Shown here: piece by piece, positions 29,686 through 40,568 of the stretch
How the letters are laid out: each line of letters opens with the position of its first letter
Numbering within the stretch: position 1 is the stretch's first letter
From: Octopus vulgaris
Taxonomy: Eukaryota
DNA length: 64,000 nucleotides
Assembly: GCA_951406725.2 (NCBI GenBank)
Contig: OX597826.1
Coordinates: 73,904,001 to 73,968,000 of the forward strand
Reading direction: 5' to 3'
Made by a program: the position numbers and the translations under genes
The notes under the pieces: generated by a model
The model's input: the letters and a program-made list of their open reading frames with translations, nothing else
The model's database searches: none
What the model was told of the DNA's origin: nothing

Positions 29686-30218
29686 TATATATATATATAT
29701 ATATATTCTTTCTTTTTACATTTGACAGACGTTTTGAGGGGAATATTCCACCAGTATTCTGAACTTTCTTGACAATAGAATTTCAAATTTGTTTACTGCT
29801 GTAAATGTCGGAATGTGCCCTAATTGAGCAGATCTATGATCTATATATGTATATATATATATTCGACAAAATTGAAATACATTGAAGTCAATTTTCAGAG
29901 AGAGAAAGAGAGAGTGAATGAAACAGACACAGACTTAAAGAGAGGAACTATTACAGACGGTAAGAGAGAATATGTGAGTGAGAGAAAGGAAGATAGAAAT
30001 AAGCAGAGAGAGAAAAGGGAAAGAACCGGTTGAAAACTGCAATTTTTAGAGAAAATCCATGTGAAACACTTTTTTCCCTGGTTCCTCACTTTACGTGGGA
30101 GCTCTGGGCAAAATGCAACCATGCATGACCATCCTTGGCACATAAGTAATGTTTGGTATAAGTCGGTTGAAAACTAGAAATGTACACGCAGACATCCTTT
30201 GCTTTATAAATATATATA

Positions 30219-30383
30219 GGCGCAGGAGTGGCTGTGTGGTAAGTAGCTTGCTTACCAACCACATGGTTCCAGGTTCAGTCCCACTACGTGGCACCTTGGG
30301 CAAGTGTCTTCTACTATAGCCTCGGGCTGACCAAAGCCTAGTGAGGGGATTTGGTAGACAGAAACTGAAAGAAGCCCATCGTA

Positions 30384-30416
<33 letters not shown>

Positions 30417-30633
30417 GTGCGTGTTTGTGTGTCTGTGTTTGTCCCCCTAGCATTGCTTGACAACCGATGCTGGTGTGTTTATGTCCCCGTAACTTAGCGG
30501 TTCAGCAAAACAGACCGATAGAATAAGTACTGGGCTTACAAAGAATAAGTCCTGGGGATCGAGTTGCTTGACTAAAGGCGGTGCTCCAGCATGGCCGCAG
30601 TCAACTGACTGAAACAAGTAAAAGAGTAAAGAG
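30219..30633 (+). mobile_element. SINE family A, full length
   Basis: Complete head-to-tail copy inserted in TA repeats. Confidence 0.88.
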
Positions 30634-31173
30634 TATATATATATATATATTAATAGATAGATATCTCACTCAGTTCCTCATAACATCAGATCATATCTTG
30701 TATCAAATAGTGTCAATAAATTCTATAGGGTTAAAAGTAAACATTCGGTGAAAATCAGTTTAGAAAATGTGCAAACAAGATTTGGTTATTAAAACATAAA
30801 GAAAGAATAATTTCAGAGTAAATCAGTTTTATTTAGAGTTTAGATTATTATAAAAATACAAAGAGACTGTTGCAGTCAGAACTCTGGAATTTGAGATTTA
30901 CATTTGAAATGATAAAATGTTTGAGAAAATGTGGTTCAATACATTCCAGCCCTGACAATGGACATAAAAACATTGATGATAATTCAAAGATTTCTCCGCC
31001 AATTATGCAAATGAACATCAAGTTTCTCCATAAAGCCATGAAGGAACCATAAATAAAATCAGCAACATAATGGAAACAATAAATATATGAAACAAGAATG
31101 TACTTGATATACATAAAGATGAAAGAGTTTTAGTGAGAATGATAACCACAGACATCATTCATAATGGTTCATC

Positions 31174-32571
31174 TTATGTAAGAATACATATGTGGTTAGT
31201 TAAATCCTCATGCAGAGAGAATGATTTATCACAGATATTACAGTGATAGAGTTTTGCTACTGTATGAATACTTTTGTGCTTAGTTAACTGACTATTTTGA
31301 GAGAATGATTTACCACAAGTGTCACAATGATATGGTTTCTCTTTAGAATGAATACGTTTGTGTACAGTTACAGCAGTACTTTGAGTGAATGATTTACCAC
31401 AGATATCACAATGATACGGCTTTTCTCCAGTATGAATGCGTTTGTGTCCACTCAAGAGATTACTTCTAGAGAAAGATTTACCACAGATTATACAGTGATA
31501 CGGTTTCTCTCCTGTATGGACACGTTTATGAATAGTTAACTCATCGTTTCGAGAGAATGGTTTACCACAAATTTCACAGTGATATGGTTTTTCTCCAGTA
31601 TGAATATGCTTGTGTTTCGATAAGTGATCACTTTGAAGGAATGACTTACCACAGGTATCACAATGGTAGGGTTTTTCTCCAGTATGAATGCGTTTGTGTT
31701 TAGATAAGTGCCCATGTTGAGGAAAAGATTTACCACAGATATCACACTGATATGGTTTCTCTCCTGTATGAATGCGTTTGTGTAGAGTTAAATTAATTGC
31801 ACCAGAGAATAATTTACCACAGATAGTGCAGTGATATGGTTTCTCCCCTGTATGAAAACGTTTGTGTGTAGTCAACTCATCATTTCGAGAGAATGATTCA
31901 TCACAGATATCACAATGATATGGCTTTTCTCCTGTATGGATACGTTTGTGTTTAGTTAGCTGATTATTTTGAGTGAACGACCTGCCACAGATATCACACT
32001 GATACGGTTTCTCTCCTGTATGAATACGCTTGTGATCAGTTAAGTTAGTATTTTTAGAGAATGCTTTACCACAGATATCACATTGATATGGTTTCTCTCC
32101 TGTATGTACACGTTTGTGCGTAGTTAAACTATCTTTACGAGTGAATGATTGGCCACAGATATCACACTGATATGGTTTCTCTCCCGTATGAACCCGTTTG
32201 TGAATAGTTAACTCATCGTTTCGAGAGTATGATTTACCACAAATTTCACAATGAAATGGCTTCTCCCCTATATGAATGCGTTTGTGTTTAGTTAAGTGAC
32301 CATTTTGAGGGAATGATTTACCACAGGTATCACAATGATATGGTTTCTCTCCTGTATGAATACGTTTGTGAGTAATTAAGTGATGGTTTTGAGGGAATGC
32401 TTTACCACAGATATCACAATGATATGGTTTTTCTCCTGTATGAATACGTTTGTGAGTCGTTAGTTCACCTCTTGAAGAGAATACTTTACCACAGATATCA
32501 CAGTGATATGCTTTCTTTCCTGTATGAATACGTTTACAAGTAATTGGTTTATCTTTTTGAGAGAATGACAT
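31174..32571 (-). CDS. C2H2 zinc-finger protein ZNF-B, 465 aa, 15 canonical fingers plus 1 atypical terminal finger
   Basis: Uninterrupted 28-aa periodic array with TGEKPY-type linkers; upstream acceptor cttattatttcag| at 32988, homologous to that of ZNF-A; possible upstream donor gtgagt at 34340. Confidence 0.95.
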   Translation of the reverse strand: MSFSQKDKPITCKRIHTGKKAYHCDICGKVFSSRGELTTHKRIHTGEKPYHCDICGKAFPQNHHLITHKRIHTGEKPYHCDTCGKSFPQNGHLTKHKRIHIGEKPFHCEICGKSYSRNDELTIHKRVHTGEKPYQCDICGQSFTRKDSLTTHKRVHTGEKPYQCDICGKAFSKNTNLTDHKRIHTGEKPYQCDICGRSFTQNNQLTKHKRIHTGEKPYHCDICDESFSRNDELTTHKRFHTGEKPYHCTICGKLFSGAINLTLHKRIHTGEKPYQCDICGKSFPQHGHLSKHKRIHTGEKPYHCDTCGKSFLQSDHLSKHKHIHTGEKPYHCEICGKPFSRNDELTIHKRVHTGEKPYHCIICGKSFSRSNLLSGHKRIHTGEKPYHCDICGKSFTQSTAVTVHKRIHSKEKPYHCDTCGKSFSQNSQLTKHKSIHTVAKLYHCNICDKSFSLHEDLTNHICILT

Positions 32572-33367
32572 TTTACGATTCTACAATATCCTGAGATTCC
32601 TTATTGTTTGCATCAACTTTTCAAGAGAAAAAAAAGAATCTTTAAACTCATTTTGCTTCTCTTCTCACAACATATGTATAATTTTTCGTTTCGCTTTTTA
32701 CAGATTATTTGTAATGAATATTCTTTCTGCTATATTTCCACCAACTGTGTTGTTCACCAATATCTAAAGATATTGTAAAGTCCTTAGAATGCAAAATTAT
32801 TTTGTACTCATTCCAGACAGTGAATTATATAAATGTTGTGAACATCAGTCAGAAGAAACATTTCACCATAATTCACCAGATTTACATAAACATGGTTCTA
32901 TTTGTTCTGTATAACATCTTTCTCGATTTTTTAAAACAAATATTGATGATGTTTCTGATGTAAATATCCTTTTCTGTTGTTAGTATCCTGAAATAATAAG
33001 AGAAACAGTATAAGATATAGAGGATACTTAAACAGTAGAGATTCTACAGCAAAGATTTTTATTTCAATTCAAGAAGTAAACCTTTACCTGAATAATTGAA
33101 CAGTAAAGATGATAAAAGTTACGTAGCTGATATGTCGAATACATGATACATGCTTACACACATACAGTCCTCTCTGATCTCATGGTTACTCGGGAACTTA
33201 GGTGTAGATAAATGATGCTGTGTGAGAACAGCACAAGCTATGTGGAGGTGTATAGTGGACAGACACTGAATTTTCAACCAAGAATTGAAACTTTGATCTG
33301 AAGCATGTTAGTTCCCATTGTTCTGAGTTTGCACTCAGAATTTGGGTGCATTTTGTTATATCATTCA

Positions 33368-33583
33368 TCATTCGAGAGAACGATTTGTCGCAGATATCAC
33401 AGTGATATGGCTTTTCTCCTGTATGGCTACATTTGTGTTTAATTAACTGATTGCTTTGAGTGAATGATCTACCACAGATGTCACACTGATATGGTTTCTC
33501 TCCTGTATGAATACGCTTGTGATCAGCTAAGTTAGTATTTTTAGAGAATGATTTACAACAGATATCACGATGATATGGTTTCT
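33368..33583 (-). pseudogene. Zinc-finger fragment (about 2.5 fingers) upstream of the ZNF-B coding exon
   Basis: [70 protein letters not shown]; parallels ZNF-B fingers 6-8, with a zinc-ligand Cys lost. Confidence 0.85.
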
Positions 33584-33600
33584 GTTATATTATTCACCAT

Positions 33601-33830
33601 TTTAACACTTTAGCATTTAAACTGGCCATATCCGGCCAGAAGTATTCTGCCTGTCCTATGTTCAAACTGGCCAGATCTGGTCTCTCGCACCAACCCTACA
33701 ATATCGTTTTAAAAATTAACAGCTACCTTATCAAAATCTCATAGCTACAAGATAATGCCTGATTAGTTCAAGGCAATGTGGATAAAAAAGGATTAATTTT
33801 GGCAGAAAAATGCGAACACTAAAGGGTTAA
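33601..33830. mobile_element. piggyBac-like MITE with TTAA flanks
   Basis: TTAACACTTTAGCATTT...CACTAAAGGGTTAA; same family as 5003-5220. Confidence 0.65.
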
Positions 33831-35763
33831 GTGAAATCCAGTTCAACCCAGATGACACACCAAATGTCCATTGTTATATTTACCAAGTTCAAATATATCA
33901 GATCCCTGTATCAGAACTTTCTCTTCACTTGGCAACCTTCAGAGGCAACATGCCTCACATACCCTTTCTTTTATTTGGAGGTTATTACAGAAGTAGACCC
34001 TCTCTGTTTCTCTCACTCTTGCCATCAATGGCAACATGTGAGCCTTATTATTATCTGCCGTTTTTCACATCACTTTGGAGTAAACCATCTAAAATAGCAG
34101 CTAGGGATTCCATTAACAGTCTAACACTTTACTCTAACTGGTAGAAGTTGTGAATATATCTGGTAATGGTAAAATAAAAGCCATGTTAAGTACGAACCAT
34201 TTCTTCTGTTAAATTATTTCAGGCATCCTGAAATTACCAGCCTTCTCAACTTGCCACCTGAAACCAAACTCCAAACGTCTTACCCAAACTAATCACCAAC
34301 GCTAGTTGCACCGTTGAATTTGGTGACATCAACAACTCACCGATCGTTGCAGAGGTATACTCAACAAAGTGAGAGTTAGTAAAGAATGTAGCTATGAGTT
34401 CAGCACGAGGATGGGACTTGCACAGGACTCTGTACCTCTCTGTTTATTATAGTCCTCCAACCCATAAAAGAGGACATTAAAACCAGCTGCTCGTGGGAAC
34501 TTTTTCATGTTGAACGAATACTTCTTATAGCTGAATCTATCAGTGAATTAAAATTTCAAATAATAATAAAACATTGTGTACAGTGCTCAGGTGCACTACA
34601 ACTCATCTAAAGTGTATGTATAGTACATAGGGTAATGTACGAAAGGTAATTCTAGTCAGGGAAACAAAGCGTACAATACGGAACATTCAAAGTGAATTCA
34701 GCAAAGACTACAGTATTAAAAAATATGAAAGACTACAAGACTTTGCTGCTATCGTGGAAATGGCCATGGTCGGAAAGGATAGATAGGAATTCTATTCAGT
34801 GTGAAAATATGATCAAACTGCCGTGAAGAAAATGGCACGGAATAGAGTGCGAAAAAATATTAGAAAACTGAAATGTTTGGGAAAAAGGATTCTTTCAGAA
34901 TCGTAATTCCAGTTGTATGAAATACAGGTAAACTAAAAAGAAGGAAAAATGAAGGCAAAACTCTTAAATTCTTTTGCTTCTCTTTCAGGTCGCGATGGCG
35001 AAACAGAAATTCTGCCTTGAAAACATTTTATATAGATTTGAACACTACAAATACGTACTTTTTTTTGTTGCTTTTATATTTCGTTGATACAGTGGATTAA
35101 CAACATGAGTGGGAGATCTTCTTTAGAAATATTTGTGGTGGATTTCTGGATGAAAGGAACGAAACAAGAAAAGACATTTCTTAATTAAAATATCAAAGAA
35201 TTGACGGACACATTTGGATATTTATTATTAACCACAGTTTCGTAGTCATTTAACCAAATGCTGTGTAGCAAATATGAAGAAAAAGAAAAAGAAAAAAGTA
35301 ATTTTATGCACTATAATGCATTATATGGCAATATTTGAAAGTTTATCAAATGCAAATTGTAAACGAGTTGACATTTCCAGTTAACCTCATAGGAAGCAAA
35401 CTCAATACAATCTCAGGCATTATAAATACAGGCCTACCTCACCCTACGTCGTTAATTGGTTCCATGTGACACGACTTAAGTCGAATTAACTTGTCTCTAG
35501 GCTAAACCGATAATAACTATCCCCAATTCTGTACTTTATTTATGAATGATACCGTAATATCGCCATAATTTTAATTTTTTAATACAGTACAGTAAAAAAG
35601 TAATCTAAATTTACGAAAACAATTTGGCGGTGTTTATGGTAAATCGCAGACACTTTATTTATGAATGCGGTTTGCAACAAGAATGGTAAAATAAAAGCCT
35701 TTTTTAAGCTTAAAAAACAAATTAAGTAATTTTTATTATTTTGCAATAGTAAAAAAACCTAAA

Positions 35764-36225
35764 TTCTACTCTCTCCAGCGTCGCCGTGAGCGGTACATCA
35801 TTTGTACGATGTGGAGAATATACCGCCAACTTTGCCCAAACGACCTGAACATTAGCTTCAAGGTTCATCCAAGACTGGGACCACGGGCCATACGTCCCCT
35901 GCCCAATACAAGATCACAGCATACATGTACACTGCAACATAATTTCTTTTCCTCAACAGGCCCTGCCCTATTTAACATTGTCCCGAAAGAGATCAAAGAG
36001 AAAAAGGATCCCATCAACTTTAAACGGAGTCTGGATAGATTCCTTCAAGGAATACCAGATAAGCCACCCATAATTGGATACAACTCACCCAACAAAAACT
36101 CACTACTTGAATGGACCATAAACAAAACTTGACTTAAACAGGATTCAAATAATCCTATCAGGTGGTGCTATTAAGTTAGACATGGCCTGACCAATCTTTG
36201 GTCGAAACATATCTAAGTCTTACCA
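35764..36225 (+). mobile_element. 5'-truncated CR1/L2-group LINE 3' end nested in the Tigger element
   Basis: SLQRRRERYII..GPALFNIVPKEIK..FKRSLDRFLQGIPDKP C-terminal motif, then a 3' UTR ending CATGGCCTGACCAATCTTTGGTCGAAAC. Confidence 0.8.
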
Positions 36226-36248
36226 AAACGTACATACAATTTGGTGGT

Positions 36249-37943
36249 TTACATTGTAGATGTAGATGGCTGTGGATCACCAGCATCAACAGCTGACTCT
36301 GGGTGTTCTTGTTGTTCGACGCGCTTAGAAAACTGGTTGAGAGTTCCTTGAACAGTCTTCTTCTTCTTTTCCTCAAGGATTACATTATAAGGAGCAAGAG
36401 CTTCGTGACAAGCCCCCATAATCTTGGAAAAGCGCTGAGCATTTGGATCCATATCGTCGAACATAGAAAGACCTTTTTCGATATATGCAAATGCTTGCTG
36501 CATTTTCTTAATGGTAAAGTGACGTGGCTCAGGTTCGACTTCTTTTTCTTCTTGATTTTGCTGCTCGTGAAGCTCTATCAGATCCTCGTCCGTCAGGGGC
36601 TGCTTGTCTTTTTCAAATAAATCTGTGAAATCCTCCTCCTCCAAATCCATTTCCAGTTCTTTGCTCTTAGTCACCAACGTTTTGTTGATGGCAACATTAT
36701 CAAACCCCTTAAAATCATTCACGAATTGCGGGCATAACCTCTTCCATACACCATTCATAGCCGTGCTCTGTACATCATTCCATGCCGCTGCTATGTTCTG
36801 TACAGCCTTGTAGATATCGTATCTCTTCCAAAACTCACGAAGTGTGATGGACTCATCAAGATCAGTTGCAGCTATTGCTTGCCGCAGCGTATGCTTCATA
36901 TAGTAACGCTTGAAGATAGCAATTATTCCCTGATCCATTGGCTGCAGAAGAGACGTGGTGTTCGGGGGGAGGTATACGACGGTAACGTTGGGGTCAAAAT
37001 CTACGATATTTTGCGGGTGGCCAGGAGCATTATCTAAGATAAGTAAAATCTTAAAAGGAATCCTTTTCTCCTTACAGTACTTCTCTGCTGCTGGGATAAA
37101 ATGATTGAAGAACCAATCTTCAAAAACAACAACAGTAACCAATGCTTTTGAATTAGCCATCCATATAACAGGGAGAGATGCCTTGGGTATGTTCTTCAGG
37201 GCACGGGGGTTGTGTGCATGATACACAAGCAATGGCTTTAACTTAAAATCTCCTGCACAATTACCTCCCAACATAATGGTCACACGTTCTTTCGAGGCCT
37301 TGTAGCCTGGAATGGTTTTCTCCTCCTTGGAAATGAACGAACGGTCTGGCAATTTTTTCCAATACAATCCAGTTTCGTTTACGTTAAAGATCTGTTCGGG
37401 AAGAAACCCGTTTTCTTCGATGATTTTCTTCAATGCACAAGGAAATTCCGCTGCTGCTTGTTCGACAGCTGATGCACTTTCACCTTGCTCCTTAATGGAG
37501 TGATAACTTCTTCGCTCCTTAAATCTCATGAACCATCCTTGACTTGCCTTGAACTCTACATCTTTCTCGTGGGGATACTTTTTCTTCAGTTCCTCAAACA
37601 AAGACAACGCTTTCTCTTGAATGATTTTCTGACAAATAGGAGCACGCTGGCGATTCAACCAAACAATCCAAAGAGAAAGAAGACTTTCCATCTCTTCATA
37701 GATTCTGCCTCTTTTCTTATTGATGACAGTGTTCTTCATCCCTGGGGCTTCAGATTTGATATGTGCCAAAATCTTGTCCTTATTATGAACTATCGTCGAC
37801 ACAGTTGTCCGACTCATCCCAAAAGATCGCGCGATTGCCACCACTTTCTCACCTTTTTCATGACGTTTTATCATAATCAGTTTATCTTCCAGCGTTATGG
37901 CATGACGCTTAGCGGTTTCATTATGAATTTTCTTCGGAGCCAT
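36249..37943 (-). CDS. Tigger/pogo-family (TIGD/CENP-B-like) transposase, 564 aa, uninterrupted
   Basis: N-terminal HTH (ITLEDKL..IARSFGMSRTTVSTI), CENP-B-type HTH (FKASQGWFMRFKER), DDE_1 domain with IFNVNETG / LILDNAPGH / LQPMDQG (32 residues between D2 and D3), acidic C-terminus. Confidence 0.92.
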   Translation of the reverse strand: MAPKKIHNETAKRHAITLEDKLIMIKRHEKGEKVVAIARSFGMSRTTVSTIVHNKDKILAHIKSEAPGMKNTVINKKRGRIYEEMESLLSLWIVWLNRQRAPICQKIIQEKALSLFEELKKKYPHEKDVEFKASQGWFMRFKERRSYHSIKEQGESASAVEQAAAEFPCALKKIIEENGFLPEQIFNVNETGLYWKKLPDRSFISKEEKTIPGYKASKERVTIMLGGNCAGDFKLKPLLVYHAHNPRALKNIPKASLPVIWMANSKALVTVVVFEDWFFNHFIPAAEKYCKEKRIPFKILLILDNAPGHPQNIVDFDPNVTVVYLPPNTTSLLQPMDQGIIAIFKRYYMKHTLRQAIAATDLDESITLREFWKRYDIYKAVQNIAAAWNDVQSTAMNGVWKRLCPQFVNDFKGFDNVAINKTLVTKSKELEMDLEEEDFTDLFEKDKQPLTDEDLIELHEQQNQEEKEVEPEPRHFTIKKMQQAFAYIEKGLSMFDDMDPNAQRFSKIMGACHEALAPYNVILEEKKKKTVQGTLNQFSKRVEQQEHPESAVDAGDPQPSTSTM

Positions 37944-38240
37944 CAGGGTAAAAACATAAAGTCAGAAATGAATGAGAAACAAACGTAAACAAATCCGAAT
38001 TCAAAACAACCGACAACGACGCCTAACGGTAGATATTGGAACTACAGTACTCCCAAGGACAGATAAATAAGACAACACAGCTGACTTCATGATTTCCTTC
38101 ACTAAGCTACACGACTTGATAAACTATCTGATGTGGCGCACCCCCAGATTTTTTCCCCCAAATATGCCAGGGACCGGTAATATTTCTTAGTAATATTAAT
38201 TTATACCGGAAACAATATATATATAATGAATATAATAAAG

Positions 38241-38635
38241 GGCGGTGAGCTGGCAGAATCGTTAGCACGCCGGGCGAAATGCTCAGCAGTATTTCGTCTG
38301 CTGTTACGTTCTGAGTTCAAATTCCGCCGAGGTCGACTTTGCCTTTCATCCTTTCGTTGTCGATTAAATAAGTACCAGTTATGCACTGGGTCGATATAAT
38401 CGACTTAATCCTTTTGTCTGTCCTTGTTTGTCCTCTCTGTGTTTAGCCCCTTGTGGCTAATAAAGAAATAGGTATTTCGTCTGTCTTTACGTTCAGAGTT
38501 CAAATTTCGCCGAGGTCGACTTAGCCATTCACCCTTTCGGGGGCGATAAATTAAGTACCAGTTGCGTACTGAGGTCGATATAATTGACTGGCCCCCTCCC
38601 CCAAAATTTCGGGCCTTGTGTCTAGAGTAGAAAAG
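38241..38635 (+). mobile_element. Two tandem SINE family B copies nested in the Tigger element
   Basis: GGCGGTGAGCTGGCAGAATCGTTAGC head; second, headless copy from about 38471. Confidence 0.85.
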
Positions 38636-39055
38636 TATATAATTGATATAATAAAAGTTGACAATTTCTTTTTTATCTCATATTTATTTTGTAAACAAAT
38701 AAAATAAAGTATTACATCAGCATTTTACAAGTATTTTACAATGTTTCTTTCTTTTCTCGAAACTCGCCGTGTACCGGCAGCTGATGGCTCTCAGACCGGC
38801 ACCGGTGCGAACCAACCACTTTGAGAAACCCTGCACTAAGCTACACTACTTTATGGTGTGTATCTTAACATTTACTGTACGTATTTTAATATGATTTTAT
38901 ATGATTTTATTCTTATTTATTGCACAGTAACATGATTTTATGTGCTTTTAACGGTTTTCTAGTGATTTTACGATTCCAATATTTGTGGCGGATAGACGTA
39001 AAGTCGAGTAAAATGACAACTTGATTTTTATCTTTCCATATATTATAGGCATATA

Positions 39056-39433
39056 TGTGTGGTAAGTAGCTTGCTTACGAACCACATAGTTCCGGGTTCA
39101 GTCCCACTGCGTGGCACCTCGGGCAAGTATTTTCTAATATAGCCTCGAGCCAACCAAAGCCTTGTGAGTGGATTTGGTAGACGGAAACTGAAAGAAGCCC
39201 GTCATTTATATGTATATATATTTGTGTGTGTGATTGTGTGTCTGTGTTTGTCCTCCCCAACATCGCTTGTCAACGATACTGGTGTGTTTACGTCCCCGTA
39301 ACTTAGCGGTTCTGCAAAAGAGACCGATAGAATAAGTACTAGGCTTACAAAGAATAAGTCCTGGGGCCGATTTGCTCGACTAAAGGCGGTGCTCCAGCAT
39401 GGCAACAGTCAAATGACTGAAACAAGTAAAAGA
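39056..39433 (+). mobile_element. SINE family A nested in the Tigger element
   Basis: Head-to-tail match to 12356-12754. Confidence 0.85.
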
Positions 39434-40107
39434 CTATATATTATTATGAAAACCGACGTATTATCGAGAACGACGTAAATCGAAACACCTTAAGTCGAGG
39501 TATGCCTGTACATTGGTTTATTTAACTTCTCTGAGAGTGTATTATGAACAAAATGTAATATTTGATAACGGAAATCTATGAGTTTTGTGAGATCTGGCTG
39601 CTATTTCTAGCATTATAGAGGTTCTGACGTTTACACGTTCGTGTGATGATATTAGCCTTCGTCTGAAAAATCAAATTTACAGAAGTCTTTAGTTGAATAT
39701 TTGAGAAAATTTTTTCAGAAATTTAATCTCCATTTTTTTGTATATTTTAGACTACATTATTCAATTATGCTCTTTTCATCTTTATAGGACGTCATAGGTA
39801 TGTAATTTGAGGGCGATTTGGCTATTATTTCTAGAATATCGAGCGATCACATAGAAACCTCTCTCATGTCGTCTGCTAGTTTAGTAGACATTGACGCATG
39901 CGCAAATAGACAAGCTTATCCAGAAAGTAGGAGACGGGCGCCGGGGTTGGGGGATAGATTAAAAATTGAAATTTCAGAAAACAATTCTTTCAGAAATGGA
40001 AATTTTCGAGAGAAAAGGTTTTAAAAGCAAAAGTTTGTGTTGGTTATTTGAAATTTTTGGTGGATTAACTTGTACGCATCACTCATCCATTTTCTGACAT
40101 ACTGACA

Positions 40108-40568
40108 ATGAAGTGAGTTCATGGCTCGCAGGACGGCCTGCTGTGCTAACCGTGGATCGTAGGGTGACCCGCTGTTCTTGAGGAGACCTATTGAGTCAAG
40201 TATGTCAACACAAACATCAAAATAAAAATCAATTGGAAATTGTAGTTGTGATACCCGTGCCGGTGACACGTAAAAAACACCATTCGAACGTGGCCGATGC
40301 CAGCGCCGCCTTGACTGGAGTCCATGCTGGTGGCACGTAAAAAGCACCAACTGATCATGGATGTTACCAGCTTCCACTGGCCCCTGTGCCAGTGGCACAT
40401 AAAAAGCACCCACTACACTCACGGAGTGGTTGGCGTTAGGAAGGGCATCCAGCTGTAGAAACTCTGCCAGATCAGACTGGAGCCTGGTGCAGCCTCCTGG
40501 CTTCCCAGACACCGGTCGAACCGTCCAACCCATGCTAGCATGGAAAAAGGACGTTAAACGATGATGAT
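40108..40568 (+). mobile_element. SINE family C, longest copy in the window
   Basis: 5' extension GGCTCGCAGGACGGCCTGCTGTGCTAACC..., core shared with other C copies, tail GGACGTTAAACGATGATGAT. Confidence 0.8.

Larger units (their letters stand above)
35429..39508 (-). mobile_element. Full-length Tigger/pogo DNA transposon with nested insertions
   Basis: TA|CAGGCCTACCTC at 35429 and GAGGTATGCCTG|TA at 39497-39510 (Tigger1-like CAGGCATACCTC TIR, TA TSD); contains the transposase ORF, a LINE tail and SINEs. Confidence 0.88.

Noticed and set aside
31174-32571. 84-bp periodic repeats resembling a CRISPR or satellite array
   Set aside because: The periodicity is the 28-codon C2H2 finger unit; the context is eukaryotic with no cas genes.
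37485-37988. 167-aa + strand ORF and other ORFs overlapping the transposase
   Set aside because: Antisense shadows of the Tigger ORF with no independent signal.
40021-40533. 170-aa ORF and similar MGWTV.../LQLDALPNANH or DGLLSVSVYQIHSQGFG ORFs elsewhere
   Set aside because: Recurrent translations of SINE families A, B and C.
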